NCBI GenBank assembly: GCA_001643675.2 | Contig: LSRY02000029.1 | Coordinates: forward strand, 186,001 to 250,000 | Direction of reading: 5' to 3' | Source of the DNA: Monocercomonoides exilis PA203 | Lineage: Eukaryota; Protista; Preaxostyla | DNA length: 64,000 nt | Part shown: positions 10,101 through 19,486 of the stretch, in pieces | How positions within the stretch are numbered: position 1 is the stretch's first letter | How the letters are laid out: each line of letters opens with the position of its first letter | Translations under genes and position numbers: made by a program | Notes under the pieces: generated by a model | Databases searched by the model: none | The model's input: only the letters and a program-made list of their open reading frames with translations | Told to the model about the DNA's origin: nothing

Positions 10101-12217
10101 TGAAAATGGACAGTTGCGTTTTTGATGGAAGTGCAAAGGAAAGAAATGAACAGACTTTCAATGAGGAAGAACAAGTGTGCAAATGGGATGGATCTCTTGT
10201 GGATGTTGTGAAGAGTTCTGTGATGATGAAAGATACAGCAATCTGGAATTCACCAGATGGTGGAATAACAATGAGCGAAGGAAATGTGAATATTGAGATG
10301 GGGTTATTTGAGAACAACAATCCCTCAATTGAAGGATATCCATCATTAAGAAGAAATATCATCTGTTCAGACTCAGGAACGTTGAATGTGATGAGTCTGA
10401 AAGGAGGAGATGGAGTTTTCCCAAATTCATCGCTTTGGATGTTGAAAGAAGGGTGCAGCTTTGAAGGGATTGTTTCAGAGAGAGATTCATCATTCTTCAT
10501 TCCCGTTCTGGAAAGTGTGGAAGCAAAAGAAGAGACAGATAGAATGAAACTGATATTCAAAGGAATGCTTCTTGTTCCATGCAATCTGTCATTTTCAGTT
10601 GTGAAGAGGAAGGGAGAAGAGAAAGAGATTGAAAAACATGATTTTGATTCAAATGGATTCTTGTCAGAAAGAGAAGTTGAAGGGAGTGTGGGAAAAGATC
10701 TAATCAGCAGTTGTGGAGATGAAATAGAAGTTAGTGTACATATTTTGTTTGGGAATGCTGATTCTCCATCATCAACACATTTATTCATTCTGAAGAATGC
10801 AAGCAAAGCAAAGGTGGATGGAGATGAAAAACTTGTTGAAGGAGGAAATGAAGGAAAATCTAATTGGCTGCTAATTGTTATAATCATGGCAGTTATTCTT
10901 GTGATAGTTCTGATTGTATCTGTTGTTCTGGCTGTTCGATGGAGAAAGGTGAAAAACGAAGCTGAAGATCTGAGAGATATTGTGAATGATACGGTGAAGA
11001 AAGATCCGAAGGCATTTGAAATGGTGACGATGGAGATGTCACCTGAGGAGCAGTGGAGGAGGGCAGAGAAAGAAGCGGAGAAGAAGAATGAAGAGAGGAT
11101 CAAGAAGAGAGTGTATGAAAAAAGTTTGGGACACTCGGAGTCATCAGAGCATCTTCTGTCCGAGAGTGGCTCCACTGAATACATTCTGGGGAGAGATTCA
11201 GATAAGATCCCAGAATGGATGTTGGAGAAAGTTGAGGAAGAGGAAGAGACAAGAAAAAGATCACCATCACCATCCATTTCATCCACTTCAACAACTTCAA
11301 CAACTGATTCAGATTCCACATTTGTTCGAGGGGAGGATCTGTGCCCAACCACCTCGTCAATGTCGAATTTGGTGGATGCAATGGCCTGTTCTTCGCCACA
11401 TGAGAAGCTGATTGTGGATTTGAGAGATTCATTGTTCATGCTGCTTCATGGAAGGAATAAAACAAAGGAGATGGCAATTGGCACTCTTCAGGAGAGGGAG
11501 GTGACAGCTGCCCAGATCCTGTTCTGGGTGGCGAATGGAGCTCTTCACTCATTTGACGAGATGGAAAATCCTCTTCAGTCACTTGCCAATTTGAGTCCTC
11601 ACATTGCGTTATTCTCAGAACATATGGTCATCTGCATTGTGATGCATTCTGATCTTTTATTAGATGATTCCGATTCATCATCCATCTCCTCATCAACAGT
11701 TGTAACATCTGCAAGTGATGATGATGATTCACTTCCCTCATCGGCATTTGAGGATGAGGATAGCTTCAAAAAAGAGTGTTTGAGATGGAAGGCACCAGAA
11801 CTGCTGATGAACATGAACATGGAGGCAACAAAGAGCTCTGTTGCCTTTTCAATTGGGATGATGCTGTGGGAGTGCTTGACACTGCAGATCCCGTTTGGGG
11901 AGTATCCAGCAGAGGTGGCGGGGCAGAAGATTGCGAATGAAGAGAGACCTGATCAGAGGGAAATTGAAGAAAGTGTGATGAAGAATTTGGTGAATTCATG
12001 TTTGTCAGGAGAGGCGTCGAAAAGACCTGCACTTAATGAGTTAAAGAAAGAGCTGGTTGGACTGTTTCCGGCTGGAACATTTATTGTGACGATGACAGAT
12101 GCAATCCTTGTTGAGGAAAGCAGAGAAGAACATGATGAAGACAACAAGTACAAGGAAGGAGCAAAGGAAGAGAAAATGGAAGCGAATAAAATGAAAGACA
12201 AGTTTGATGAAAAATGA
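4175..12217 (+). CDS. Giant single-pass receptor-like protein: signal peptide, parallel beta-helix/Pmp-like ectodomain, TM helix, degenerate TK/TKL-like pseudokinase
   Basis: Intronless ORF; ATG 4175 gives signal peptide MNAALNIVVIVLLVVNSING (ATG 4154 is an alternative); GGA[LV]/FxxN/FxxC repeats; four GxxxxxCGxxxx(P)C modules; TM WLLIVIIMAVILVIVLIVSVVLAV at ~10865-10935; C-lobe motifs LRWKAPELL, FSIGMMLWECLTLQIPF, KRP. Confidence 0.85.
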   Translation: MNAALNIVVIVLLVVNSINGENIAEEQIQQERNWETQKGKISIETDEYKYYDNLGIDIWKINNVPGDRVCCIQTTLKIINTSLCVSHLNIIPLTGCPLLTTQHHSAATIYSSTCKIHPATKSSLFLSAHSSLALTNFSLITPQPAIFSFHLFSTPNNLFPDAHSPIPASFSISHSSFSSFIPLLQPFLFSPSSLSSPSPSPSPSPSLSPSPSSSSSSSSSSSFSSPSPSPSPSISSSSSPSPLHIHHQSHPHLQIHLNLHLSNTLFSNISSPQSHPSLPSLSSHSLNPFISTTSSSSSTSTNTNTNSIPSFSLHSSLSIHSTIFLYTHNPIDGAILPNLNSPSTSLSAFNTSFLHQTRSSPNDLIKYNGSETQKLKLKRMDSFNLNSYLFEWCEWNDSNGGNRYGGALYVISTNANLSITSCSFHNCSCTGGCEGGALYCGNLQKLDIAKSNFTNCSAAHGGAVHIRYMQSNSVWSFSENKVETCQITDWCGTGWYFRINNMTTTCQFLFTKCKCIANTGGDASGSLAFHWPPNNKPNKFLITECQFINNKLTSSSTYGGAGIYFDGTYSWMNGIKFIAFCFFDGNSATNGRGNDVFFNGSITQSPFQQCGSTTPTKRVWNAGTADNAMYNSWLPIIDQNKIVANSGSDVDSCGKTQQSSCATVEYALGCIAPFGDASLSLLFSTFTPTQTLTFRAPNTKITGNGTDATTIASSGIPQPPNSHSHSSQSTSSFSSFSSFSSASSSPDPSVSPALFQQTQGSLTVSSLAIAHNSTNPITPILFHLSYNSPSLNLNTTTITGTTSSSSSITTPLFFLTAGSLTLNHTAITSLALNSQSIFHLTSLTAPLALNFSNITDITSTATPTSCVLSSTTSRTLSLSLANCTITNIYSEQLSQQTATNGGCISFASSASANSFSVSDTSFTYCRVSEDVNNGGKGGGIFLDCSLNEGGFMLSSISFSGCRATVGKNMFVKSGNLVNTVKTERFAFDCSDYEEDGNAFVGEDGIYGEMDLRVFLVYLKWVEVSVSKDGHDTLGCGSETFPCQSMKSGIDHVDRSEAVGERKVNVKDEGTIEDIYSFTDALVIDGCVNEGDVIKHRPVHFEVTINGDSAISVISSTDSLSLLSLELQIPSQFVPSMNSLISSSGVSQLKDCSFEIQSSTTVQYSLITMTTGSCTLTGCSLADCSFSNSPFVMASSVLLENSNFSNIKNTGRGEEGGVAKVTLQENEELVIKSTNASSCSLSSENGKGGFLYLDCQNCLNKKPFVFDVGITFENNEAAIGKNVFISASDLNKTVTNESFNFNYLSMINDENLFVGTDNYHQENDLFMFLVPYSSTEMFISSNGFDVARCGSEEEPCFTMWKGIENIEKEIGKKTIQIAGSTIIRDSFNMSNYHIKKDSKMGEENVKATLNFEKSIGSQLEYFMENDDHLELTNIQLKLSSGFDNSAKTIISNKNGELVISECSFHSEARVSNGFDCVFVDAIGGSVEVNDLSMESCDVGSSIFVIHDAGVSCHFLNIRVKYLNESGGCILSIKKSESGLKINEVGEEMSLNIDNSSFSGVKRSDNGSSILESASENKICLVVNESNITEDKAEESEKGGGIFFTLGASGSMKVIDSTISHCSCNNSTGRGGGVYLATKERGFLDFAFMGMKFSANTAKVGNDIFVECFNITSQINERQFQFDLREGHYIRDNAIYGRDECDYLNDTDLIGFVTIHQSDTIIVSSVNGMNDRQCGTNTFPCDSIDYGLMHLTSDFMSQMIVIEMSAIDGEINLEEMSLSSKSREMCDVEVKTGIERTREALMTTSGTVSLLRLNFVFDSNFISSHESLISPDGGILEIMNCSFSSKPSNEEGNSAFASIQFHIIKMEKGELQLDGCTISDLILQEPALYLSSSLPSVIYLFEIFNSTIKTSLININECGQLTIKDFNTENITVEGNEESLISCSSMKKTMQLANCTISGVNSQATKGKLMKLEDCLDVKMDSCVFDGSAKERNEQTFNEEEQVCKWDGSLVDVVKSSVMMKDTAIWNSPDGGITMSEGNVNIEMGLFENNNPSIEGYPSLRRNIICSDSGTLNVMSLKGGDGVFPNSSLWMLKEGCSFEGIVSERDSSFFIPVLESVEAKEETDRMKLIFKGMLLVPCNLSFSVVKRKGEEKEIEKHDFDSNGFLSEREVEGSVGKDLISSCGDEIEVSVHILFGNADSPSSTHLFILKNASKAKVDGDEKLVEGGNEGKSNWLLIVIIMAVILVIVLIVSVVLAVRWRKVKNEAEDLRDIVNDTVKKDPKAFEMVTMEMSPEEQWRRAEKEAEKKNEERIKKRVYEKSLGHSESSEHLLSESGSTEYILGRDSDKIPEWMLEKVEEEEETRKRSPSPSISSTSTTSTTDSDSTFVRGEDLCPTTSSMSNLVDAMACSSPHEKLIVDLRDSLFMLLHGRNKTKEMAIGTLQEREVTAAQILFWVANGALHSFDEMENPLQSLANLSPHIALFSEHMVICIVMHSDLLLDDSDSSSISSSTVVTSASDDDDSLPSSAFEDEDSFKKECLRWKAPELLMNMNMEATKSSVAFSIGMMLWECLTLQIPFGEYPAEVAGQKIANEERPDQREIEESVMKNLVNSCLSGEASKRPALNELKKELVGLFPAGTFIVTMTDAILVEESREEHDEDNKYKEGAKEEKMEANKMKDKFDEK

Positions 12218-12744
12218 GCGCTGAAAGCAGGAAATGTAATTCACGCATGAATGACAAACGAGAAAGAAAGTTGTTTCAACATATTTGCCGTTACAGAGAT
12301 GAATACTGAAATTCACATTATTTTATTTGGAGATGAACATGAAGATAAGACGAAGATTGATAGGACAGGCGAATTTGGTATTTGAAGTGCATTTTTTTCT
12401 TTTATTGAAACTGGTTCTTGATAATTTGAAACCAAAGAAAATGGGGAAATTCAAATGGAGCTTGCATCTTAGATACAAGCTTTGATTTCTCTTGATTTCT
12501 TAATTTTGATCGAAAGATTGTGTATCATATTTTTTCTGTTTCTTTTCAGTGTTTCACGGTACGAGAACAATGAACTTCATTTATTCAACTCCTTGTTCTG
12601 CCTTTCAGCAACTTTTTGAGTTTATTGAAGCTTGAGGCAATTGGGAAAGCCAACGAACAACATTGTTCATTTTCTGTTTTTACAGTTGTGTTCGAAGTGT
12701 TTTGATTTCAATTTGCTTATTGAAAGATTTTTTCTATATTTCTT

Positions 12745-12810
12745 ATTTTGTTTCTTGATTTTGTTTCTTGATTTTGATTCTTGATTTTGATTCTTAATTT
12801 TGTTTCTTTA
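12745..12810. repeat. 13-bp tandem repeat TTTTG(T/A)TTCTTGA, ~5 copies
   Basis: Read directly from the sequence. Confidence 0.7.
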
Positions 12811-12826
12811 TTTCTAGAATTCACGG

Positions 12827-13320
12827 TTAATAAAATTGTGATATAGATGTTATTTCATCAGTCATTTGACTGCATCTTGTGTTTTCAGTTGGATTTGAGC
12901 TTTTAAAGCACCCGTTGCCACATGCGCTACAACTATCACCACAGCGATCTTTTTAAATTGAACTTTTTAAAAGAGTTTGCTTTTTATTTAAAGTCGAAGA
13001 TTTGAGTTTGTTTCAAACACTTTTAAGAATTGAAGTATGGTATTGAGGTGCCGTGAAAATTGTTGTTTCTGTAATTTGACTGAATCAAAATTTTTAGCAA
13101 TTGTTCCCAAAATTTTCAATTATTTTCCTTCCATTCACAATTCCAACAAATGTCATTGTTATATTTCTACTTGCACTTTTGGTTTCGTCATTTCCTTTTT
13201 CTTGTTCATTTTTTGTTCCATTACCAAAATTTCAGCGTTTTCTGTAATTATTTTTTAATCCGTTGTGTTTTTTGAGTTTATTTCATTACCAACTCCCTTT
13301 TTTAGTGTTGCATTTATATA
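12827..13320 (-). pseudogene. Possible decayed gene fragment with a Cys-rich end
   Basis: Minus strand reads RCGDSCSACGNGCFKSSNPTENTRC...FY* after an AG acceptor; upstream are protein-like segments (RNITMTFVGIVNGRK, ITETTIFTAPQYHTSILK) broken by stops. Confidence 0.25.
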
Positions 13321-14209
13321 TATTCAATTCCTTTTTACAATTGTTATTCAATCTTTATCTTTTTTACAACTCTTATTTTTTTATGCAATCTGCATTCATA
13401 ACATATTCATAGAAAAGAGTCATCACGCAAACTTTGCTTGTTTTCTTTTAAACTATGCGTCAATAACTAATCAAATTCCATTTCAACACTAATAATTATA
13501 TGTCATCAAAATTTAAGAGTTTTAATTTGCTCCAAAGTGAAATATGAATGCTCTGTTGTTAAAAATGAACGAAAATGAAATATTTATTTTTACATAAAAA
13601 TTGGATATTTCAGAGTTTTGGGAAAAATTACACACGAGAAATAAAAATTTCAAATGAATGCATAAACCTTTGAAAAATGCGTATTTTTGCAAAAAGCATA
13701 ATAAAAAGTGCAGCCGAGCTTGTATAAATTTAAACAAGTATTTCTTATATTTTTTTATTTGACACAGCCTTGTTGAAAAGCCAAACATAAACGCAAGAAA
13801 AAGAACCAGTGAACAAAATTGATTAAAAAAACTTCAGAATAAAAATAAGAAAACATTTTTTGCTTTGAATCTATTTATCTATATTTAGAAACAAATCCCT
13901 CATAACTGAAATACTATTAAAAACTCCGTGAAAATTCTTGTCAGATGAATTGAAATAATGATGATTCTCAAAAAAAAAAAGTCTAGAAAGTTTCCTTCTC
14001 TTTCAATATATAAATATTTTTAAATCTTCCAACAGTTTAACATTTATAAGCTAATATCACGCTATATCCGCTTGTTGATATTGATAATAGAATTCAAATT
14101 CACTTTCAATGAAAAAGCTCAAAATATGCATGTTTACTGGATCGATTTATCTTTCTTCAAGACCAATTTGCAATTATTTTGAAAGAAATGACCACAATCA
14201 AATCCAATC

Positions 14210-14640
14210 TGATGAAATTTGTTTGAACTGGGAAGGAGAAATTTGAAATTCGTTTCATATTCCTCAATGATAACGACGAAGAAGAAGAATTTCGATAAAA
14301 TATATCTTTCTCATTTATTACAGAGGGTTTTGAAGAACAAATATGAACATCTTCATTTTCTTATGAATCCTCAATGATTATTTGGAGCTGACAAACTTGC
14401 TTATGTGACTGATTTCTTTTTTATACAAAAGATGGATGCACTCGACTTCAAAATCCAGCTTCTTTCATGTGAAGAAAGACATTTTAATCTCTGGGATCAG
14501 GTGAACATCGTACTTAACCTCTTATTCCATGGAAGGATTGACTTTTAAGTTTGTTACAATTTATATAGCCTGAAATATGAGATTCATGAGAAAAGAATAC
14601 TAATATTTGGAGTAATTCATTGGAAGAATTGAATGTGTAG
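14210..14640 (+). pseudogene. Possible decayed paralog of the adjacent glycosyltransferase
   Basis: Fragments EICLNWEGE and FEIRFIFLNDN resemble KIIWLYWEG and FTIIFITDS of 15159-16058; stops and frameshifts throughout. Confidence 0.25.
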
Positions 14641-15158
14641 TGTCACAAGATTCATGAAAGAGTTTTCAAGTTGCATGAATTGTTTATCTTATTTCAATTC
14701 GATAGAAAACAGGATTTTTAATTTCACGAGTGAAGTTTGCAAATAAAATTTGTAATACAACTTATTTTTGGATTATTTTTACTTATTTTTTAATGAATAT
14801 TTTGATTTTTGTGGAATAATATAATAATGATTTTTTGGAGCTTCGAGGCATAATTTTTCTTTAATTAATTCTTTTTCGTTTGAGTCAACCGTTTTTGATT
14901 CATATTTTTGAATTTTCTATATTGACATATATCATTTTTTCTTTAATTTTAATTTTTTCACATTTTTGTCATCGACACAACTTATATGAGTGATCATTTA
15001 GGATCTTTTTGATAAATCTGAAGCCCGAGCTGCGAGAAGTGTTCTTTTTTAGGTTTTATTAGGTTTTATTGATATTTTTCTATATAAATATTTTTTATAT
15101 TTATGATATTAGAAAAAAATTTTTTTGAATTTTATTTTTAATATTTCATTTCGAATCC

Positions 15159-16058
15159 ATGAATCTCTTTCTATTCATTTCACTATTCATTTGTGCACCT
15201 GCGTTCCCGACAGAAAAATCTTCTCTAAAAGCTGTTATGCATATTGAGGAGGAGGAGGAAGAAGAAAAGCCATATGAACTTCCGAAGATAATATGGCTTT
15301 ATTGGGAAGGCAGATTGAAACGAGTAGAACGCTATCTTCTGCACAACATGAAGCAAAAAATTGCAGATTTCACCATCATTTTCATCACAGACTCAACAAT
15401 CAATTATTATTTGGATAGAAAAGCACTTCCAACTGGGTTAAAGTCCCTTCCAAAGGCTAACAAAGCCGATTTTTATCGCCTTCAGCTGCTTTATGATTAC
15501 GGTGGATTGTGGATGGATACATCGATGTATTTGAGCAATGACACATTTTTGGAAGATTGCTATAGAGACATAACAAAAGCGAAAGCAGATTTGCTTGCTT
15601 TCAACAGCTGGTGGCCCCCAGCGTATCACATAGAATTTGGGTTTTTGATGGCTCCAAGGAGAAGCCCGCTGATTGGAAAAGTCTTGGAAGAATTCAAAAT
15701 TATGCTGTCAATGGGAGTTAAGCCGTACATGAAGGATCGCATTAAAAGTGGAACTGTGATGAAAAGTCCGTATATTTACCACAAGAGGAAGTATTTTGGA
15801 TTGGAGCACTATGGAAAGTATTTTGCACCTTATGTATGTATGCAGACAGTTATCCAGCGGGATTATAAAGGCCAACCAAATGTGATTCTTCGAAGATCAG
15901 AGGATTATTGGTTCAAGCTGTACGAGTCATGCAATAATGATTCTAAGTGTGTGGCAAGGAAATGGGTTAATGAGCCAGAAGTACATGAATATCCGATCAT
16001 CAAGTTTTGCTCGGCAACAAGGAGATATCTGAAATTTCCGAAAGTGGATGTCATTTGA
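15159..16058 (+). CDS. Glycosyltransferase, GT32/capsular polysaccharide synthesis (Caps_synth)-like, with signal peptide/anchor
   Basis: LPKIIWLYWEG and KADFYRLQLLYDYGGLWMDTS motifs; hydrophobic N-terminus; intronless. Confidence 0.85.
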   Translation: MNLFLFISLFICAPAFPTEKSSLKAVMHIEEEEEEEKPYELPKIIWLYWEGRLKRVERYLLHNMKQKIADFTIIFITDSTINYYLDRKALPTGLKSLPKANKADFYRLQLLYDYGGLWMDTSMYLSNDTFLEDCYRDITKAKADLLAFNSWWPPAYHIEFGFLMAPRRSPLIGKVLEEFKIMLSMGVKPYMKDRIKSGTVMKSPYIYHKRKYFGLEHYGKYFAPYVCMQTVIQRDYKGQPNVILRRSEDYWFKLYESCNNDSKCVARKWVNEPEVHEYPIIKFCSATRRYLKFPKVDVI

Positions 16059-16943
16059 AATGAAATATAGTTAAGCTATGTGTTTTTTTTTATTAGTGTT
16101 TTTTAAATTAAAATAAACAAGTTATGCTTTGCATCTTTAGTAGTTTAGCTTTTCGATTCATTTTTTTAAAATAAAGTTAGGTTTATATTTTACGTCATCT
16201 CTTATTTTGAGTTTTTTGTAAATCCCATATGTATCTTATGTTTTTTCTCACTATTTTATTGCTTTTAAAACAAACGATTATCCAAATCATATTTTCTCTT
16301 TCTCTTTTTTGATGAAATTTTCTTTTCGATTTGGTTACAAAATATTTTTTTCAAGAAAAATGCGTCATTTTCATACACAAATAAATATCAAAGAAAAAAA
16401 TATTAAACATTTTCAACAACTTTATAATAACTTGCTGTTGTTGTTTTTGAAAAGAACAAATCCTTTCACATGTGCGCTGAGAATATGAAAGTTTTGATCC
16501 TTTAAAGAAAAAAGATCCCACACTTATTTCCCCCATAAAAGTTTAGAAACATAGATCGTCATGCTTCAACAATTAATAAGCATATGCGTTTTTCTTTTAT
16601 TTGTTAGAAATGTCTTTAACCAAATGCAGATTTCAGTCAATGCCCGAAGAAAGAAAGAAAGAAAGAAAGAACAATTATCTAATGTTGCGAAAAGCAATCC
16701 TTCGTTTCATAATTTGATCATTAAAACTTTAAAACTAAACAGAAATTTTCAATCAAAAAAATAATATCTTGATAATGTGTTGAATGAAACACTTCATGAA
16801 ATTCAAATAAAAATAATTGTAATGATAACAGAATATAACCGAAAAAAAAAATATTAACAAAATATTAATAAAAACTATTTACAAAAAAAATAAATAAAAA
16901 TCAAAAACATGTACATATTAAACATCAATAATCGGATTACAAC

Positions 16944-19445
16944 TTAAATATTTATGCATTTTTCATAAAAGTCGATGGAAGCCTGAAGCAAAGGAATGCT
17001 TCTAAGCCGAAAAATAAGACTGCTGAGTTCCAGAACTTCAATTAATGGCCGATTCACTATCAATTAATGAATAAATATTGCATATTCAAAAAAAATCATA
17101 TAAATTAATAATTTGTAAATAATAATAGTAAAAAAATAAATAAAAATATATAAAAGATATGAAACAAATTAATAAAAAAAGAAAAATTAATTAAACAAAA
17201 TTCAAAAAAAAAGTTAATCTTCACAATAAATACAACAGAATAGACAAAATACCTTTTGCCATCGCCATCACAGAAAGTGTGCGACATGCATCCGAAAGCG
17301 TCTCCACATCGTCCATCCGAAGCATACACGCCAGACAGTTGCACGCAAACAGGTATATGGGCGTATACGGAACCGCTTTCTGCTTCAGAAGTATCAACAC
17401 AGACAAAGAAATCAGCGCATAATTCCTGAACTGAGGATCATTCCTATCCACAAGATCCACCCTTCTCCACTCTTCTACCGCTGCCTTCAATCTTTCCTCT
17501 TTTTGTTCATCTTTTTCAATTCCTCCTCCTCCTCCTCCTCCTCCTCCTCCTCCTCCTCCTCCTCCTCCTCCTCCTCCTCCTCCTCCTCCTCCTCCTCCTC
17601 CTCCTCCTCCTCTTATTTCTTCAATCAGGTATATGTCCCTACAGCGCTCCGGGTTAATCCAACAGTTTCGGCTCTGATACACCGCCTGGATGATCTCATA
17701 CAGCGCATCAATCAGCCAGCGCTCCAAGTCTTCTTCTCTCACAACTGCCTCCAACGGAAACGGCGCTGATGGGCTGGCTGAACAGGCTGAGCACGCTGAC
17801 TCGAGAAGAATGCGGAAGAGAAGCTGGAGGGCATACTGAAGAAGCGGGGATTGGGGCAATGTGAAGGAGACGCAAGGGTATAAGCAGAAAGCAGACAAAG
17901 GAAGTCCCGAAACAGTCATGTTTGTGGACGGGCTGGACGATGTGGTGGAGAAATCTTCGATGGGCGATTGAGACTTGCCGGGGGAGGAAAAAGCTGATGC
18001 GGTAGAAGAGGCAGGAGAAGAGGAAGCAGGAGAAGAAGAAGCAGAAGAGGGAGTCGAAGGTATTTGTGTGAAAGAAGGAAAAGATGGAACAGAAGGAATC
18101 GAATGGATGGAAGGTGTTGAAGGAATCGATGGGATTGAAGGAATGGCAGGCATTGATGAATCAGCCTGTGAAGCAGCATTCACAACCATCACATCAGCAG
18201 CACCATCACCTGCTGTGTTGTGTTCCTGTGAAGTTGTTGAACAACACGATGTGTCTGTGCTTGCCATTGACTTATCAGGTGAAGAGCATTTATTTGTACT
18301 CCCAGTTTGATTGTTTGCAGAATCTCCAGCCAAAACAGCTGGCTCACTGGGAAGAATGCCCATATGCGAAGACAAACACGCTATTTCCGGCTCAGCAGGC
18401 ATCTCCTCTTCGCCCAGCGGAGAAAAAGTGGGAGAAGGCGCAGCCTCCATCAAGAAGAGCGAGCCATTCGGTGAATATGGCTCTTCCGTGTCAAGAATTG
18501 GATTGACTGAGAGGGAAGCAGGAAGATTCGAAGAGAACGTGGAAGGCGGCTGGTAGAGCTCGGCGGGGTTGTGATAGGATGTGGAAGACAGATGATGAAG
18601 CACCACACAAATGACTTGGATGAGTGATTCGTACAAGTTGATTGACACAGTGCAGTAAGCATTGCCTAGAAGAAGCACGTGGTTGTAGTAGTCAAACATC
18701 AAACACACTGCAAATGAGAAAGAAGAGATGTCGAGAAGAGCTGGGCTGCTGCAAAGTGCATTGTTGAACTTGTATGTGTGGCTTGCTAGTTCCCCTTGGA
18801 ATGAATCCGCAAAGAAGATGCGTGCATCCACAGAATGCCCACGAAGACTGCAGCTTTCGCAGAGTTCGCAAAGAAGAGCAAAAGACGAGTTCAAAAGTGC
18901 GCTGTATTGCTCCAGCTGGCTTCGCGGTTCAGCTCTGTCAAAAATTTGCAGTGAGATTTCATTCAAAATTTCGCTTTGCTCGTTTAGTTTGGTGGAAATG
19001 GTGGGGATGATAAAGTTTTGCAGAAGATCGAAGGCAAAGTCTGTTTCGCTGGTTTTGACAAGCTCGCGAATGTAATAGAGGAAATGGGGGAGATCTTGCG
19101 ATGGAAGGCCTCTGAAAATGAAAGAAGTGAAATGAAAAGGAAAAAGGGAAAAAAAAGAAAGGAGAAGGAAAGGAAAAAAAAAAGAAAGGAGAAGGAAAGG
19201 AAAAAAAAAAGAAAGGAGAAGGAAAGGAAAAAAAAAAGAAAGAAAGGAAAGAACGGAAAGGAAAGGAAAGAAAGAAAGGAAGGAAGGAACGGAAAGAAAA
19301 GTTAAAAAGAGAAATAAGTTTAAAAATCGAAAAATTTTAATGTATCAAATAAAAACAAATAATTTAAATTGAAATTATTCAAACCTAATAGCATCCACAG
19401 TCTTCTGTGCATTTTCTATCTCAAATATTATTTGGCAACTGTAAC

Positions 19446-19486
<41 letters not shown>

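Noticed and set aside
9862-11439. 525-aa antisense ORF, plus many other shadow ORFs (34332-35321, 62646-63671)
   Set aside because: Antisense or alternate-frame by-products of biased codon usage in real genes
12911-12920. 10-bp inverted match to the window start (TGGCAACGGG)
   Set aside because: Does not extend; chance match
16351-16764. Short ORFs between the glycosyltransferase and the 10-exon gene
   Set aside because: AT-rich, no motifs and no coherent exon structure
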